Source: an uncultured Thermoguttaceae bacterium
Lineage (GTDB): Bacteria; Planctomycetota; Planctomycetia; Pirellulales; Thermoguttaceae
Assembly: GCA_938084835.1 (NCBI GenBank)
Contig: CALKER010000017.1
Location: 88,949-152,948, forward strand
Direction: 5' to 3'
Length of the DNA: 64,000 nt
Part shown: positions 10,405 through 21,784 of the stretch, piece by piece
Layout of the letters: each line of letters begins with the position of its first letter
Numbering within the stretch: position 1 is the stretch's first letter
Notes under the pieces: model-generated
What the model was told of the DNA's origin: nothing
Database searches by the model: none
What the model saw: the letters and a program-made list of their open reading frames with translations, nothing else
Program-made: the position numbers and the translations under genes

Positions 10405-11436
10405 TTCGTCGGGAAGGTTCATCTCCGTGCAATGGGGGTGCGATATAACCATATAGCGGCAATTTGCCCGGAATTAAGGTCCGATGAACTGTTGGCAAAT
10501 AGTAAAAGAAGAGCCGTTTCGACAGTGATCCTCGGTGTTAAATCAGTCAATTTTCGTAAAGTAGGTTATGAGACTTGCCCCATCGGACATTGATTTTAGC
10601 ATTTGAGCTCTTTAACTTTTCCCGAAGTCTCCCGAACATAAACGATTACCCACTGCCGAACTTAACATCTATTTATAGTAGACCGTTTGCGGGAGTGGCG
10701 AGGGTGACCTGAGGGTGTCCGTCTACTCAAGCTGTTGAGACCGGTTTTTCGTAAAGTGAAGAAACTTTAAAATCGGCCTTTCAAAAACAGCCTTCCACCG
10801 GCGGGAGGATGCAGGAAGTTGCGACCAAACTAAATTGCGGGGGAAGTTTGTATTCTCGGTTGGGCGACGTTTTTCCCCGGATTAATGGTCGGGACCACAA
10901 AACTGCCCACAGCCGCCAGCAGATTGCTCGGTTAGAACCACCGAGGAGTGGCTCCATGCCAAATTCGAGGCATTGGTCCGACGGAGTAACCCTGTGGCAA
11001 TGCAAATGCCATCATGTGATGAAAGATGATGGTGTATTGACCTGGGGTTAATTTGCAAGAACCACCCTTTGGTCGTGTAACAACTGAACCAAACTCTCGA
11101 CCATTTTCGGACTAAAACCTGCCATCTATCCATTGTTACTCGCAAAGATGAGGGATCTAGGAAAACTAGGGCAAGTTGCATGATTTTATTGAGGAAGGTA
11201 CCCCTTTCGTCACGACGCGAGACCGACATTTGGGAATTAGGGGGTACCGCGTTGGTTTAAAGGTTGGTCACCGATTTTTCGCAGAAGCATCGGAATTTTT
11301 TTGCTGAAATGCTTCATAAATAAAGTTTGATTGTCTTTCGAGCGGCAAATCTGTTGCGGCCTAAAAGAATAGCCACAAAGGTGCTGAAGCTGCAGGACAA
11401 TTTTGCTAACTAACCGATTAGGGGACGAGTGCGGCG

Positions 11437-14274
11437 ATGCCCAAGTACAACCCGGCAGTGATCGAGCCTAAATGGCAGCGTTACTGGGAAGAGCACAAAG
11501 TATTCAAAACTCCCCGGCTACCGACCGGGCCGAAAATTTATGTTCTGGACATGTTTCCGTACCCCAGCGGAGAGGGGCTGCATGTTGGACATCCCGAAGG
11601 CTACACAGCGACTGACATCGTAGCACGCTTCGAGCGCATGCGGGGCAAATGTGTGATGCACCCAATGGGTTGGGATGCCTTCGGTTTACCCGCTGAACAA
11701 CACGCCAAACGCACAGGTGAACATCCCCGCCTGGCCACCGAACGCAACATTGCCACATTCCGTCGCCAATTGAAGATGCTTGGTTTTAGTTACGACTGGG
11801 ACCGGGAGTTAGCAACAACCGACCCCCAGTATTTCCGCTGGACGCAATTCATCTTTCTGATCTTGTTCGACACCTGGTTCGATCCGGAACAACAGCGCGG
11901 CAGGCCGATCAGTGAACTGCCCATTCCCGACGAGATTCGCCAGCAAGGCGAAGAGGCCGTGCGCCGGTATCAGGACGAACATCGTCTGGCTTACCAACTA
12001 GAAGCACCAGTCAACTGGTGTCCTGCCCTGGGGACGGTCTTGGCGAATGAAGAAGTAGTAGGCGGAGTAAGCGAGCGGGGGGGGCATCCCGTCGTCCGCA
12101 TCCCGCTCCGGCAATGGATGCTTCGCATTACCGCCTACGCGGACCGCTTGGAGCGAGACCTTGATCTTTTGGACTGGCCGGAAAATATCAAAACCCTTCA
12201 GCGAAATTGGATTGGCCGGAGTACCGGCGCGGAGGTGGACTTCTTCATCGGCTCAGAGCCTTGGCCCGATGGAAAACCGCCGGCAGAAGCTTATCATGCG
12301 TGGCTTGCCGAACGAGCCAAAACTGGCTACCCGCGAAAGCCGGGACCTGATGTGCTCCGAATTTATACCACTCGGCCAGATACGCTCTTTGGCGCAACGT
12401 ACATGGTGGTGGCCCCTGAGCACCCGTTACTTGATCGGCTGACCCAGCCGCAGTTCTCCGCGCAGGTCAAAGCATATCGCGAGCAAGCTGCTCGCAAAAG
12501 TGATCTGGATCGAACCGACTTGGCTAAGGAAAAGACAGGGGTCTTCACCGGCTCGTATGCCATCAATCCTGTCAACGGGGAGGCTATTCCCATCTGGGTT
12601 GCCGACTACGTTTTGGCCACCTACGGTACGGGGGCCATCATGGCCGTTCCGGCACATGATACACGGGATTTTGAATTCGCCCAAAAGTTCGGTTTGCCCA
12701 TCGTGCCGGTGGTAGATCCCGGGTACGCACCGGAGGTGGATCGCCAGGCGGTTCTAGAAGGCCGGGAGTGCTTTACGGGGGATGGAATCGCCATTGCCTC
12801 AGGTAAGTTTACAGGTTTAACCACCGCGGAGTTTAAGAAAGCCGTAACCGAAGATTTGTCACGCCGAGGTATCGGCCGATTTGCAGTCAATTATCGTTTA
12901 CGCGACTGGGTCTTTAGCCGTCAACACTTTTGGGGTGAGCCATTCCCGATCCTCCACGAGCTCGACGAAAACGGCAATCCGACGGGCCTGGTCCGTCCCC
13001 TTGATCCAGGTGATTTGCCCCTAGACCTTCCCCCAAAAATGGAATTCGACGCCCACCATGATAAGCCAGAACCCCCCTTGGAGAAGGCTCCATCAGAATG
13101 GCTGTATGTGACTATCAACGGAAAAAAGTATAAACGAGAAACTAATACCATGCCCCAGTGGGCAGGCTCCTGCTGGTATTATCTGCGCTTCCTCGATCCA
13201 CACAATGACCAGGCTATGGTGGATCCCGAGGTCGAACGGGCCTGGATGCCGGTCGACCTTTATGTGGGGGGAGCCGAGCATGCGGTACTCCACCTCCTGT
13301 ATGCCCGGTTTTGGCACAAGGTACTTTACGACCGCGGTTTTGTGAGCACCCCAGAACCGTTCATGAAGTTGGTCAACCAGGGCATGATCCTGGGAGAAAT
13401 GGAATACACTGCTTATCAGGATCACGAGGGCAAATGGGTGAGTTACGACGTTGTCGAGGACAGCGTCGGTGACTATCGCCCCATAAAATTAACGGCCGAT
13501 CAAGTGGAAAAACGCGGTGACATTTTTGTTTTGAAAAGCGACCCCACCATCCGGGTCGAAGCTCGTGCTTATAAGATGTCGAAAAGCCGGGGAAATGTCA
13601 TCAACCCCGATCAGATCGTGGCCGACTGTGGAGCAGACACCCTTCGGCTGTATGAGATGTTCATGGGACCGTTGGAAGCGGTCAAGCCGTGGAGCATGGA
13701 AGGGGTAAACGGGGTGCGCAATTTCCTGGATCGAGTCTGGCGGATGATCATCGATGAGCGCGCGGAAGACCTGCGGCTCCATCCGGCCGTGCAAGACGTG
13801 GAACCCAGTGAGGCTCAAAAGCGTGTCCTGCATCGGACGGTGAAAGCAGTTACCGACGATATCCAGCAGATGGCATTCAATACTGCCATTGCACGTATGA
13901 TGGAATTCGTCAACTTCTTCATGAAGGAAGAGGTCCGGCCCAAGAAGGCCATGGAGGTTTTCGTGCTCATTCTTTCCCCGTTTGCGCCGCACATTTGCGA
14001 GGAGCTGTGGCAAGTTCTCGGGCACGCAAAGACGTTAGCCTACGAGCCTTGGCCCACTTATGATGAAGCTTTTCTGCGAGAGGGAACAGTGGAAATTCCC
14101 GTACAGGTCAACGGCAAACTGCGCGGGAAAATTAGTGTCCCAGCAGATGCGGATGCCGCCACGATCGAAAATGCGGCGCGTGCCACACCGCGAATCGCTC
14201 AGCTCCTTGCAGGAAAGAATATCCAGCGAGTCATTGTCGTGCCCGGAAGAATGATCAACTTTGTAGTGGAGTGA
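11437..14274 (+). CDS. leuS: Leucyl-tRNA synthetase
   Basis: 945-aa class I aaRS. HIGH-type motif ([15 protein letters not shown]), KMSKS motif (YKMSKSRGN), editing (CP1) domain and the LeuS-specific C-terminal domain. Confidence 0.97.
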   Translation: MPKYNPAVIEPKWQRYWEEHKVFKTPRLPTGPKIYVLDMFPYPSGEGLHVGHPEGYTATDIVARFERMRGKCVMHPMGWDAFGLPAEQHAKRTGEHPRLATERNIATFRRQLKMLGFSYDWDRELATTDPQYFRWTQFIFLILFDTWFDPEQQRGRPISELPIPDEIRQQGEEAVRRYQDEHRLAYQLEAPVNWCPALGTVLANEEVVGGVSERGGHPVVRIPLRQWMLRITAYADRLERDLDLLDWPENIKTLQRNWIGRSTGAEVDFFIGSEPWPDGKPPAEAYHAWLAERAKTGYPRKPGPDVLRIYTTRPDTLFGATYMVVAPEHPLLDRLTQPQFSAQVKAYREQAARKSDLDRTDLAKEKTGVFTGSYAINPVNGEAIPIWVADYVLATYGTGAIMAVPAHDTRDFEFAQKFGLPIVPVVDPGYAPEVDRQAVLEGRECFTGDGIAIASGKFTGLTTAEFKKAVTEDLSRRGIGRFAVNYRLRDWVFSRQHFWGEPFPILHELDENGNPTGLVRPLDPGDLPLDLPPKMEFDAHHDKPEPPLEKAPSEWLYVTINGKKYKRETNTMPQWAGSCWYYLRFLDPHNDQAMVDPEVERAWMPVDLYVGGAEHAVLHLLYARFWHKVLYDRGFVSTPEPFMKLVNQGMILGEMEYTAYQDHEGKWVSYDVVEDSVGDYRPIKLTADQVEKRGDIFVLKSDPTIRVEARAYKMSKSRGNVINPDQIVADCGADTLRLYEMFMGPLEAVKPWSMEGVNGVRNFLDRVWRMIIDERAEDLRLHPAVQDVEPSEAQKRVLHRTVKAVTDDIQQMAFNTAIARMMEFVNFFMKEEVRPKKAMEVFVLILSPFAPHICEELWQVLGHAKTLAYEPWPTYDEAFLREGTVEIPVQVNGKLRGKISVPADADAATIENAARATPRIAQLLAGKNIQRVIVVPGRMINFVVE

Positions 14275-14343
14275 ATCCCCTAACGGCGGCGTGCCATTAT
14301 TAGTAAATCATATGGGCGCCGACCCCTCGGCAAGTGAAGCGTT

Positions 14344-15336
14344 ATGTCTCGGTCCCAACCATCACAAAAGACTGGTCTCGTTTACGACGAGATTTTTCTT
14401 CGTCATGAGACCTCTCCCGGACATCCGGAGCGGCCAGAACGTCTTCTAGCCATTCGCGAAGCTTTGACAAATACTGGGCTATGGTCCCAACTTGAGCTGA
14501 TATCTAGCCCGCCTGCCCCGCAGGAAATTGTGGAGTTGGTCCACGACCGCTTTTATATCGACCGCGTAAAATCTTTATCTTCGCGGGGTGGGGGTTATCT
14601 CGACAGCCCTGATACTCCGATTGGAGAGGAATCATTCCGCGTTGCCATGGCGGCCGTGGGAGGAATCATCGCTGCGGCCGATGCCATTATGACAGGGGCT
14701 ATCCGGAACGCCTTTGCTGCGGTCCGCCCACCTGGACATCACGCTTTGCCCGACCGCGCGATGGGATTCTGCCTCTTCAATAACGTCGCGATTGCAGCGC
14801 GATATCTCCAGCATGCGTACAAGCTGGAAAGGATTCTTATTGTCGATTGGGATGTGCACCATGGCAACGGTACCCAAGCTATCTTTTATAGCGATCCGAC
14901 GGTGCTTTTCTTTAGTGTTCATCAGTATCCATTTTACCCCGGCACGGGTTCTCGCCAGGAACGTGGGTGGGGAGACGGTCTCGGGCTAACGATCAATGCC
15001 CCCGTGCCTGCTGGAACCGATGAGAAAACATGGCTTGGCACGTTTTACACGATGCTGCTGCCCGCCCTCGAACACTTTCAGCCGCAATTCGTGCTCATCT
15101 CCGCAGGATTTGACGCTCATGAGCTGGATCTTTTAGGAGGGCTCGAGGTCACCAGCGAAGGCTATGCTCAGGCAACCCGGCTTGTTCGGGAAATAGCCGA
15201 TAAGTATGCCCATGGCCGACTTCTGTCGGTGCTTGAGGGTGGCTACCACTTAGGGGCCCTTGGTTCCTCAGTCGCAGCCCATGTGAAAGCTCTTATGGAG
15301 GATACAAAGCAATCCAGGGATGAAAAGAAAATTTAA
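14344..15336 (+). CDS. Histone deacetylase-family protein (AcuC/AphA-like acetoin utilisation or acetylpolyamine amidohydrolase)
   Basis: 330 aa with HDAC motifs: PPGHHA, DWDVHHGNGTQ, FSVHQYPFYPGTG, SAGFDAHELD and the EGGY motif. Confidence 0.85.
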   Translation: MSRSQPSQKTGLVYDEIFLRHETSPGHPERPERLLAIREALTNTGLWSQLELISSPPAPQEIVELVHDRFYIDRVKSLSSRGGGYLDSPDTPIGEESFRVAMAAVGGIIAAADAIMTGAIRNAFAAVRPPGHHALPDRAMGFCLFNNVAIAARYLQHAYKLERILIVDWDVHHGNGTQAIFYSDPTVLFFSVHQYPFYPGTGSRQERGWGDGLGLTINAPVPAGTDEKTWLGTFYTMLLPALEHFQPQFVLISAGFDAHELDLLGGLEVTSEGYAQATRLVREIADKYAHGRLLSVLEGGYHLGALGSSVAAHVKALMEDTKQSRDEKKI

Positions 15337-15719
15337 TCGTTGCCGCAACTGACAGCGGAGAGGCTGGAGTGTTGGCGCTTACCTTAATAAAAAACTTCCA
15401 CGAAAAACAGGGCCGGATGCACTTACGAGGCTCCTATCGCACCCACGCTGTTTGCGTTGCGTAAGATTCGGCCGCTCATCCGCGCTGTTCATCGTTTAGA
15501 TAAAACCCAGTATCTCGACCTGGACGTTGCCTCGTCGTAAACAAAATCGCAGTCTCATGGCCAAATAGATTTCGGACAGTAATCGGTAATAAGCAAGGCC
15601 CAGTTCATCCTGGCGAAAAGGTTAAACCCATCCTCGCGTGAGAAAAGATACATCCGGCGGAGGAGAGCTCAAAATTCACCCTCTGTGGGTCACCTCCTTA
15701 CTCCTCTGCAATTGCCAAC

Positions 15720-17423
15720 TTAACGCCGTTGAACCTCCAAGAACTTCTTAGCTTTAAGAGCTTCCTGAATAATCATTCGGTTTCCGCACTTATACGCGCT
15801 TTCCAAAGCGATATCGAGGAGACGTTCAGCAGTGTTCGGTCTCTTCAAATTCAGGGCATCGGCCGCCAAGTTCAAAGCTGCCACAGCAATCCGCCGATGA
15901 AGTTCAACATCGGAAGACTGGGCCAACTTCTCAAGTTCACTAATGGCTTCCCAAAATGGGTCAATTCCTCGGTATCTTTTCTCTAAGTCGATACATGCTA
16001 GCAACAATTGCACATCACCCGCTTCCGTTGCCAAAGCACGCGCTTGATCTATCACTGCAAGCCGTTCGCGTGCAGGGACCTTCCCCAAGCGAATATCCTC
16101 TAACATTTGGCGAGCAAGACGGGCTTTCGCCGCTGGTCTGGAGGCAACTGGAGACTCCGAAGACTCTGCGTCACCTCCCGGGCGACCGGAATCGGATTCG
16201 CTCGTTGGCGAGTCAGTGTCGGTGGCTCCGTGTTGGACAGTTGAAAGACTTAAGGGCCCGCCTGAGCCTAGAAGCCGTTCCATCGCGGCTTTCTGCTCTG
16301 AGACCGTGGGAGCCTCGATCACTTCCCCAATACTTTGCTCATCGATAAAGGCAGGAAACTCCAAGATGAAGTCCCCTGGATCAAAACCAGCAGCCATGGC
16401 TGATAAAAGGAGCTCGCGAGAAAAGCGTCGGTCCCCTCGCGGATCAATCGCATGATATGTCGCAAGCACCACTTTACTTTGGGGACTTTGTCCAAATCGT
16501 TGCCGTGCCAAGTAATGCACCACGGCCGGAGGAATCCTGCGAAGTGAGTAGGTGACATTTCGCCCCTCCACCCGCAAGGTCAGATGCATCGACGAGGCCT
16601 CTACAATCATCACCTCGGTTTCACTCAAGCGGATGGTGGTCAACGGCTCCAAACTTGAAACTATGCTGCTCATTACCTTCCAAAATTGATCCAAGACGCC
16701 ACATAGCCGCAACCAACGGGTCAACTTCAATTTGTCTTCCGGTAGGGATGTCCGCGAGAGTGCCTCCGTCAATTGCTTACGTGCCAACTCGCTTTCATGT
16801 CGTCGAAGCGCATCCCTAGCCGCCCTAAGGATAGGAATGAGCCACTCTGACACCTGCTTGACTTCGCTTCCGTAAATGGAAGCCCCGTCGGCTTCGAACG
16901 GCTGAGCCATGTGGCCTCCTCTTGACCTTCCTCGAGTACTCGGCACCTGTTGATCACCGAAAGTGCCGTCTCCGGGAACTCCACCTCGCGGCGCAGCGGG
17001 GTCGGCCGGGCTTCCCCCAGCGTCCTGGCCCAGCGATGCCGGCTTGCCTGGGGAAACCGTTGGCACGGTGGACTCCAAAGCTTCGGTGGGAGGGCCGGTC
17101 TTACTTTCGGACTTTAACTTGGATTTCGTACCGGCAGGACTGTCGGCATGAGGCCCCGACGTGCCCACAAGTATGAGGAAAAGAAGAGCCCCCAGCGCCA
17201 ACAACGCATAGAGTATTGCCACAATAACTCGCAGCGATTGGAGTGACACAGCAGCCCGTCGAGAATAAGGGGAAAGTTGAACGCCGCCTGACGAGCGCCC
17301 CACTGAGAGAATGCATCCTACGAGCCCCTTGCCCCTATGCATGTTGAGTCCTCCTAAAATAGACGGACTGAACCCACTTCGGGCCCCCGTACGGTAAGAC
17401 ATAATCCCGGAGGGAGAGGACAA
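15720..17423 (-). CDS. Hypothetical single-pass membrane protein with long P/A/G/S-rich disordered region and alpha-helical C-terminal domain
   Basis: 567-aa ORF with a TM segment (VIVAILYALLALGALLFLILV) followed by roughly 100 aa of low-complexity P/G/S/A sequence. No recognised catalytic motif. The start is ambiguous (MSSPSG, MSYRTG or MHRGKG). Confidence 0.5.
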   Translation of the reverse strand: MSSPSGIMSYRTGARSGFSPSILGGLNMHRGKGLVGCILSVGRSSGGVQLSPYSRRAAVSLQSLRVIVAILYALLALGALLFLILVGTSGPHADSPAGTKSKLKSESKTGPPTEALESTVPTVSPGKPASLGQDAGGSPADPAAPRGGVPGDGTFGDQQVPSTRGRSRGGHMAQPFEADGASIYGSEVKQVSEWLIPILRAARDALRRHESELARKQLTEALSRTSLPEDKLKLTRWLRLCGVLDQFWKVMSSIVSSLEPLTTIRLSETEVMIVEASSMHLTLRVEGRNVTYSLRRIPPAVVHYLARQRFGQSPQSKVVLATYHAIDPRGDRRFSRELLLSAMAAGFDPGDFILEFPAFIDEQSIGEVIEAPTVSEQKAAMERLLGSGGPLSLSTVQHGATDTDSPTSESDSGRPGGDAESSESPVASRPAAKARLARQMLEDIRLGKVPARERLAVIDQARALATEAGDVQLLLACIDLEKRYRGIDPFWEAISELEKLAQSSDVELHRRIAVAALNLAADALNLKRPNTAERLLDIALESAYKCGNRMIIQEALKAKKFLEVQRR

Positions 17424-17786
17424 AAACCCTGATAAAATGAGAGTTTAGCCCCGCTTGTCAGAAAAATCAAGCTTGCGGGAAATCTTCTGGATAGCCACCT
17501 GGGAAAATATCTCCCACCAGATGGGGAGGCCCTCCGCCCTCCTTGAGCAGCCAAGTGGTTTAGTCGTATGGGATAAGCGCTCGACCGTGTAACCCAGACG
17601 AAATTGCGGCCATGACCGCCATGAGCCTACGGGCAGTTCCCCGGAGCCCGTGCGAGGAAGACTGTCGACGGGCTCGATGGAGAGCCACCTTTGGAGAGAA
17701 TCGTCCGCAAATCAACCGGCTACCGCTTCCCACAGCGTTGACAAAGTGGAACAACTTGGCGCCGACCGCCAAGCGCGAGAGAACTT

Positions 17787-18038
17787 TTAAACTCCGCCTT
17801 CGCCCGGATCTGGCCGCGCCGCGGCGTCCCCCACCACCCGAAGTGCCTCGGGGGGTATGTCATACCACGCTCGGTCCTCGCCAGCAAATTGAACGAGAAC
17901 CCGTCCGTTACAGTTAACCCCTTTGACCAGCCCCACACGATCAAGGAAACGAGCATATTCCGGGAATTGCTCCACAACTCGGACCTGCTTCCCCAAAAAA
18001 CGAGTTTTTAAACAACCCCAATCTGCTTGCCATTGCAT
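17787..18038 (-). CDS. Small hypothetical protein downstream of prfB
   Basis: 83-aa ORF on the same strand between prfB and the 567-aa hypothetical. No family recognised. Confidence 0.3.
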   Translation of the reverse strand: MQWQADWGCLKTRFLGKQVRVVEQFPEYARFLDRVGLVKGVNCNGRVLVQFAGEDRAWYDIPPEALRVVGDAAARPDPGEGGV

Positions 18039-18257
18039 TTGAGTTTAGTACGAATTGCTGTATGCCAATTTTGCGGCTTCCCCCACGGTGCCCGAACCTC
18101 AGCAATCGAAAAAGATCTTCACGGCAAAGTATCTACCCCCAGTCAACGCCCCCCGGACGGAAGACCAGGGGGATAAAAACGTCCACGGTTATCACGAACC
18201 GGCCATCTTAAAGTTTGCCCGAAGGAGGGAGCGGAGCCCCTTACCGGTTTGATCTTT

Positions 18258-19398
18258 CTAGCCTTCGGCTTCTCTTGCGGCAGGGGAGTAGGGCCTGGCT
18301 CCCTCGGTGGCGCGCCACCTGAGATACGCTTCCAGAAAATCCTGAATGTCACCGTCCATCACTGCGTGAAAGTTGTACACAGTATGACCGGTACGGCTAT
18401 CCTTCACACGTTGCTCGGGATGGAGGAAGTAGCTGCGAATCTGGGATCCGAACCCCACCTTTGGCATCTGTTTATATTTAGCTAGTTGCTCGGCCTCACG
18501 TTTCTCCTCTTCCACCCTTGCCAGCCGAGCTAAAAGCATTTTACGGGCAGTAGCTCGATTTTGGTGCTGGCTTCGCTCGTTTTGGCACATCACAACGATT
18601 CCGGTAGGCAGGTGAGTCAGACGCACAGCACTGGAGGTCTTGTTGACATGCTGCCCGCCAGCCCCACCGGATCGAAACACGTCTTCGCGAACATCTCGGT
18701 CCCAATCAACGTGGATGTCTAATTCGTCTTCGACTTCGGGCGATACGTCGACCGCAGCGAAACTGGTCTGGCGCTTGCCCTCCGCGTTGAACGGGCTGAT
18801 TCGAACTAGACGATGAATTCCAGATTCCCCTTTGAGATAGCCATAAGCAAAAGGTCCCCGCACGGCAATCGTCGCACTAGTAATGCCAGCTTCCTCGTTA
18901 TCTTGTCGATCAAGGAGCTCCACTTCGTAATGTCGCCCCTGAGCCCAGTTAATGTACATGCGAAGGAGCATCTCGGCCCAATCGTTGGCGTCCACCCCCC
19001 CGTCGCGTGCGTGGACGGTGACAATGGCATTGCGATCATCCATAGGACCATTGAGGAGGGCCTGCGTCTCTAACTTCTCAAGTTGCGACTGAAACACTTC
19101 CAGTTCGCGAATAAACTCCTCCGCAAGCTGCGGATCTTGGTCGGACAACTCTGCCAAGACCTCAAGGTCTTCTAAACGTCGGAGGGCTTCCGTCATTGGC
19201 TTCACGAATGCCAATAACGTTTTCAGCTGGCCAACTACCTCCCGAGCGCGTGTAGGGTCGCTCCACAAATCCGGGCTGGCCTGCAACGCCTCAAGCCGAT
19301 CCACCTCCGATTTCTTACCCGCATAGTCAAAGGGAGTCCCTCAACGTTAGCAAACGCTTTCGAAGGTTTTCCAGCCGATCCAGCAGCTCGCGCTCCAT
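18258..19398 (-). CDS. prfB: Peptide chain release factor 2, expressed via programmed +1 ribosomal frameshift
   Basis: GGQ motif (SGGAGGQHVNKTSSAVRLTHLPTGIVV) in the main ORF 18258..19304. A true ATG at 19398-19396 (minus) is preceded by AGGAGG. The upstream frame encodes MERELLDRLENLRKRLLTLRDSL (23 codons) and ends in CTT TGA C at 19332-19326. Shifting +1 over the T at 19329 joins in-frame with the main ORF (...DYAGKKSEVDRLEALQASPDLW...). Confidence 0.93.
19326..19342 (-). other. prfB +1 programmed frameshift site (CTT TGA C) with upstream internal SD-like GAGGGA
   Basis: Minus-strand sequence TTGAGGGACTCCCTTTGACTATGCGG. The canonical RF2 autoregulatory slippery site CUU UGA C is preceded by a Shine-Dalgarno-like element. 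Confidence 0.9.
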
Positions 19399-20025
19399 TG
19401 AAATGCCTCCTAAGGTCGAAATTGCTAAAGGCCAGCACAACTTGCCCACCAAAAAACCTAACTTTTGTCCTCCGGTCCAGAAAACGCCGAAACGTTCCGC
19501 ACCACTGCAAATGATACCTCAATATCTCTTTTTCTCTGCAGCTTCCGAGACGGTACCACCAACATGGATCTTCGCCCCAAAACCGATCATATCCATAAAA
19601 CTAAAACCTTTGCCTCCACGGTCGTTGCCGAAGCATGGCAGGTCTCAAAAGCGGTCTGTCGCTCCCGGTCCGATCGATCGGCCCAAGGTACCCGTTCAAT
19701 CGCCTGATACGTGACTAAAAAAATCATCATATTCAGAGATTTCGTCCGTAAGAGATTTCAAATGGGCTTTGCCCTTAGGTTATTTTCGCAGATGTGATTC
19801 CCACAGAAAACTGGGAATGTCGAGGGAGCCACGGACGTCTCCGCCCATCCGGAAATCCGTCCTGAACTCACGACGATGAGCTAAAACAAATCCATCCTGA
19901 AACATAATTAGCAATGCTGATATAAAAGAAACGCAACACCGGTGCGGAATAACAGTTTTTTTATAGACCCGATAATATCGGCCCCGCCTTACAAAATATC
20001 GGCCTAACTGTTCTCCCGCCCGCGA

Positions 20026-20069
20026 TTTGACACGCGTCAAACCCCTTCAGATCGCGGTACACCGCGATC
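20026..20069. promoter_or_regulatory. Two adjacent perfect inverted repeats (candidate operator or protein-binding sites) in an AT-rich non-coding region
   Basis: TTTGAC-ACGC-GTCAAA at 20026-20041 and GATCGCGG-TACA-CCGCGATC at 20050-20069, both perfect palindromes. Confidence 0.4.
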
Positions 20070-21007
20070 CCCCACACCCTGGTTCGGTTTTGTCTGAATT
20101 GAGCCGTTACCCACCGACAAAATTTTTCAGCCAAGGAACCTAGCAGTGATCTTTCGAACGTGGCGTTTTGAATATTTATTTTCGCACTTAATTTTTCAGC
20201 AACTGCTTTTGCCCTTTCTATTTTCACCTAACGGGATGCGCTACCAGAAAGCCATCTAATAATCGGAGGAGGCTGTTTCCGGATCTCTCCCTTCTGATGC
20301 CGATCGTTAAAAAAAGGATAACGAGCCCTCCAAAGTAACAGAGCACAAAATCTGGGGTTTAATTAACAGGAGAACCAGCCAAGGGAACTGATAGTTGAGC
20401 AGCTGGAAAGAAACAAGCGTTTGACCTTTGCAGACACTCAGGTGCCGCAGGCCCAGTTTGCACGGCACCGAACTTCAACACGGTTCCGGCGCTCCGCGCG
20501 AGAGGGTTGCAGACAATTTGCTGCCGGAGGAAGCTTTAGCCCACAATAAGGGTCTTTTATATTAATTAAAGAACAGGAGCCCAAGACTCGCTGCCTGCTT
20601 AAAAAAATCCGGTATTTCCATAAGAAAATCAGCGATTGCCGTTTGAACTTCCCAGCGGAAGAGCTCCCGAGGCAGTAACGGTGGGCACGACATCGGCTCC
20701 GATCGACTCGTAAAGCGGTTGTACGAGGTGTGGAAAAAATGCTGTCGCAACAAATACTTATAAACTTAATTGTTTTTCGGTAATTCTGTCGGGGGACGCA
20801 AAAGAGGGATGTGGTAGCGCGATGCCGTATGTCAGATTACTTGCGCGGTGGTAGAACGGAAAACCAAAAGAACCATGGGATAAAACTAATTTCGCCTTTA
20901 TTTTATCTCAACGGCTCGCACCCGATATATGATTTACTTGTGGTGCGGACTCATGCCAGGTTAATCTAATTGGTGCCAATTTAAGCCGAGCGGCGGGGAA
21001 GTAGGCC

Positions 21008-21784
21008 ATGATAACCCAAAAATCTGTGCAATCGGTGGCTTTAATCGCCGCAATCGCTGCGTGGTGGGGAGGCAGTTTGCTTGCCTCTCAAGCATTTGCT
21101 CAGTTCAACCGGTCTGGCCGGTTCGGAACTGCAAGCTCCTCCCTTGGCTCGACGTCCATGGGTTCCTCTAACTTCCGTGGGCTCTCCGGGACGGGAACCA
21201 GTCAGAGAGTTTCTTCAGGGACCGGACTTTCGGGTGGCCTCGGGCTAAGCTCAGCATTAAGCTCCCGACTTTCGGGGCAGCAGACAAGGCAGGGAGCCGC
21301 GCGGGCGGGACGTCAGGCGGGACGATTCGTGGGGGCTGATGCGTCCGACGTCGCCAATTTGCTTGGGTTCATTACCAATCCCAACCAAGCTACGCAAGCT
21401 TGGCGGCAAGGACTGAGTGCGATCCGGACCACTCAGCAAAGACAGCCCACGCAGCTCAACCGTGGCACCACTATTGCTGGCGGTCGAGGTGCAGCACGCG
21501 ATTTGGGCGAAATTTCCGCCATCGTGGAAGTGGGCTTCGAACCGCCGATGCCCACCCTGGCCGAAATGACGTCTTCGTTGCAAACTCGGTTCGAAAAAGC
21601 AGGAGTTTCGCGACTCGATTCCCCCATTGACGTTGTTATTGAAAGTGACACAGTGGTACTCCGCGGCACGGTGGGAAGTGCGCACCAAAGGCTTTTAGCG
21701 GAGAATTTGGCCCGCCTTGAGCCAGGTGTCCGAAGCGTCCGCAATGAGTTGGTAGTTTCTTCTGCGACCGTAGAATCCGAATAG
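21008..21784 (+). CDS. Secreted Ser/Gly-rich protein with C-terminal BON domain
   Basis: 258 aa. N-terminal signal (VALIAAIAAWWGGSLLASQAFA), long S/G/T low-complexity region, and a C-terminal segment (IDVVIESDTVVLRGTVGSAHQRLLAENLARLEPGVRSVRNEL) matching the BON-domain pattern. Confidence 0.55.
   Translation: MITQKSVQSVALIAAIAAWWGGSLLASQAFAQFNRSGRFGTASSSLGSTSMGSSNFRGLSGTGTSQRVSSGTGLSGGLGLSSALSSRLSGQQTRQGAARAGRQAGRFVGADASDVANLLGFITNPNQATQAWRQGLSAIRTTQQRQPTQLNRGTTIAGGRGAARDLGEISAIVEVGFEPPMPTLAEMTSSLQTRFEKAGVSRLDSPIDVVIESDTVVLRGTVGSAHQRLLAENLARLEPGVRSVRNELVVSSATVESE

Noticed and set aside
19235-19522. 95-aa minus-strand ORF from the track overlapping the prfB 5' end
   Set aside because: It is an out-of-frame artefact. 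The real prfB N-terminus is the 23-codon frame ending at the CTT TGA C frameshift site.
20150-20230. T-loop-like TTCGAAC strings (also 41815 and 43275) checked as tRNA signatures
   Set aside because: GTTCGAAC is palindromic and occurs without flanking stems, so there is no cloverleaf context.
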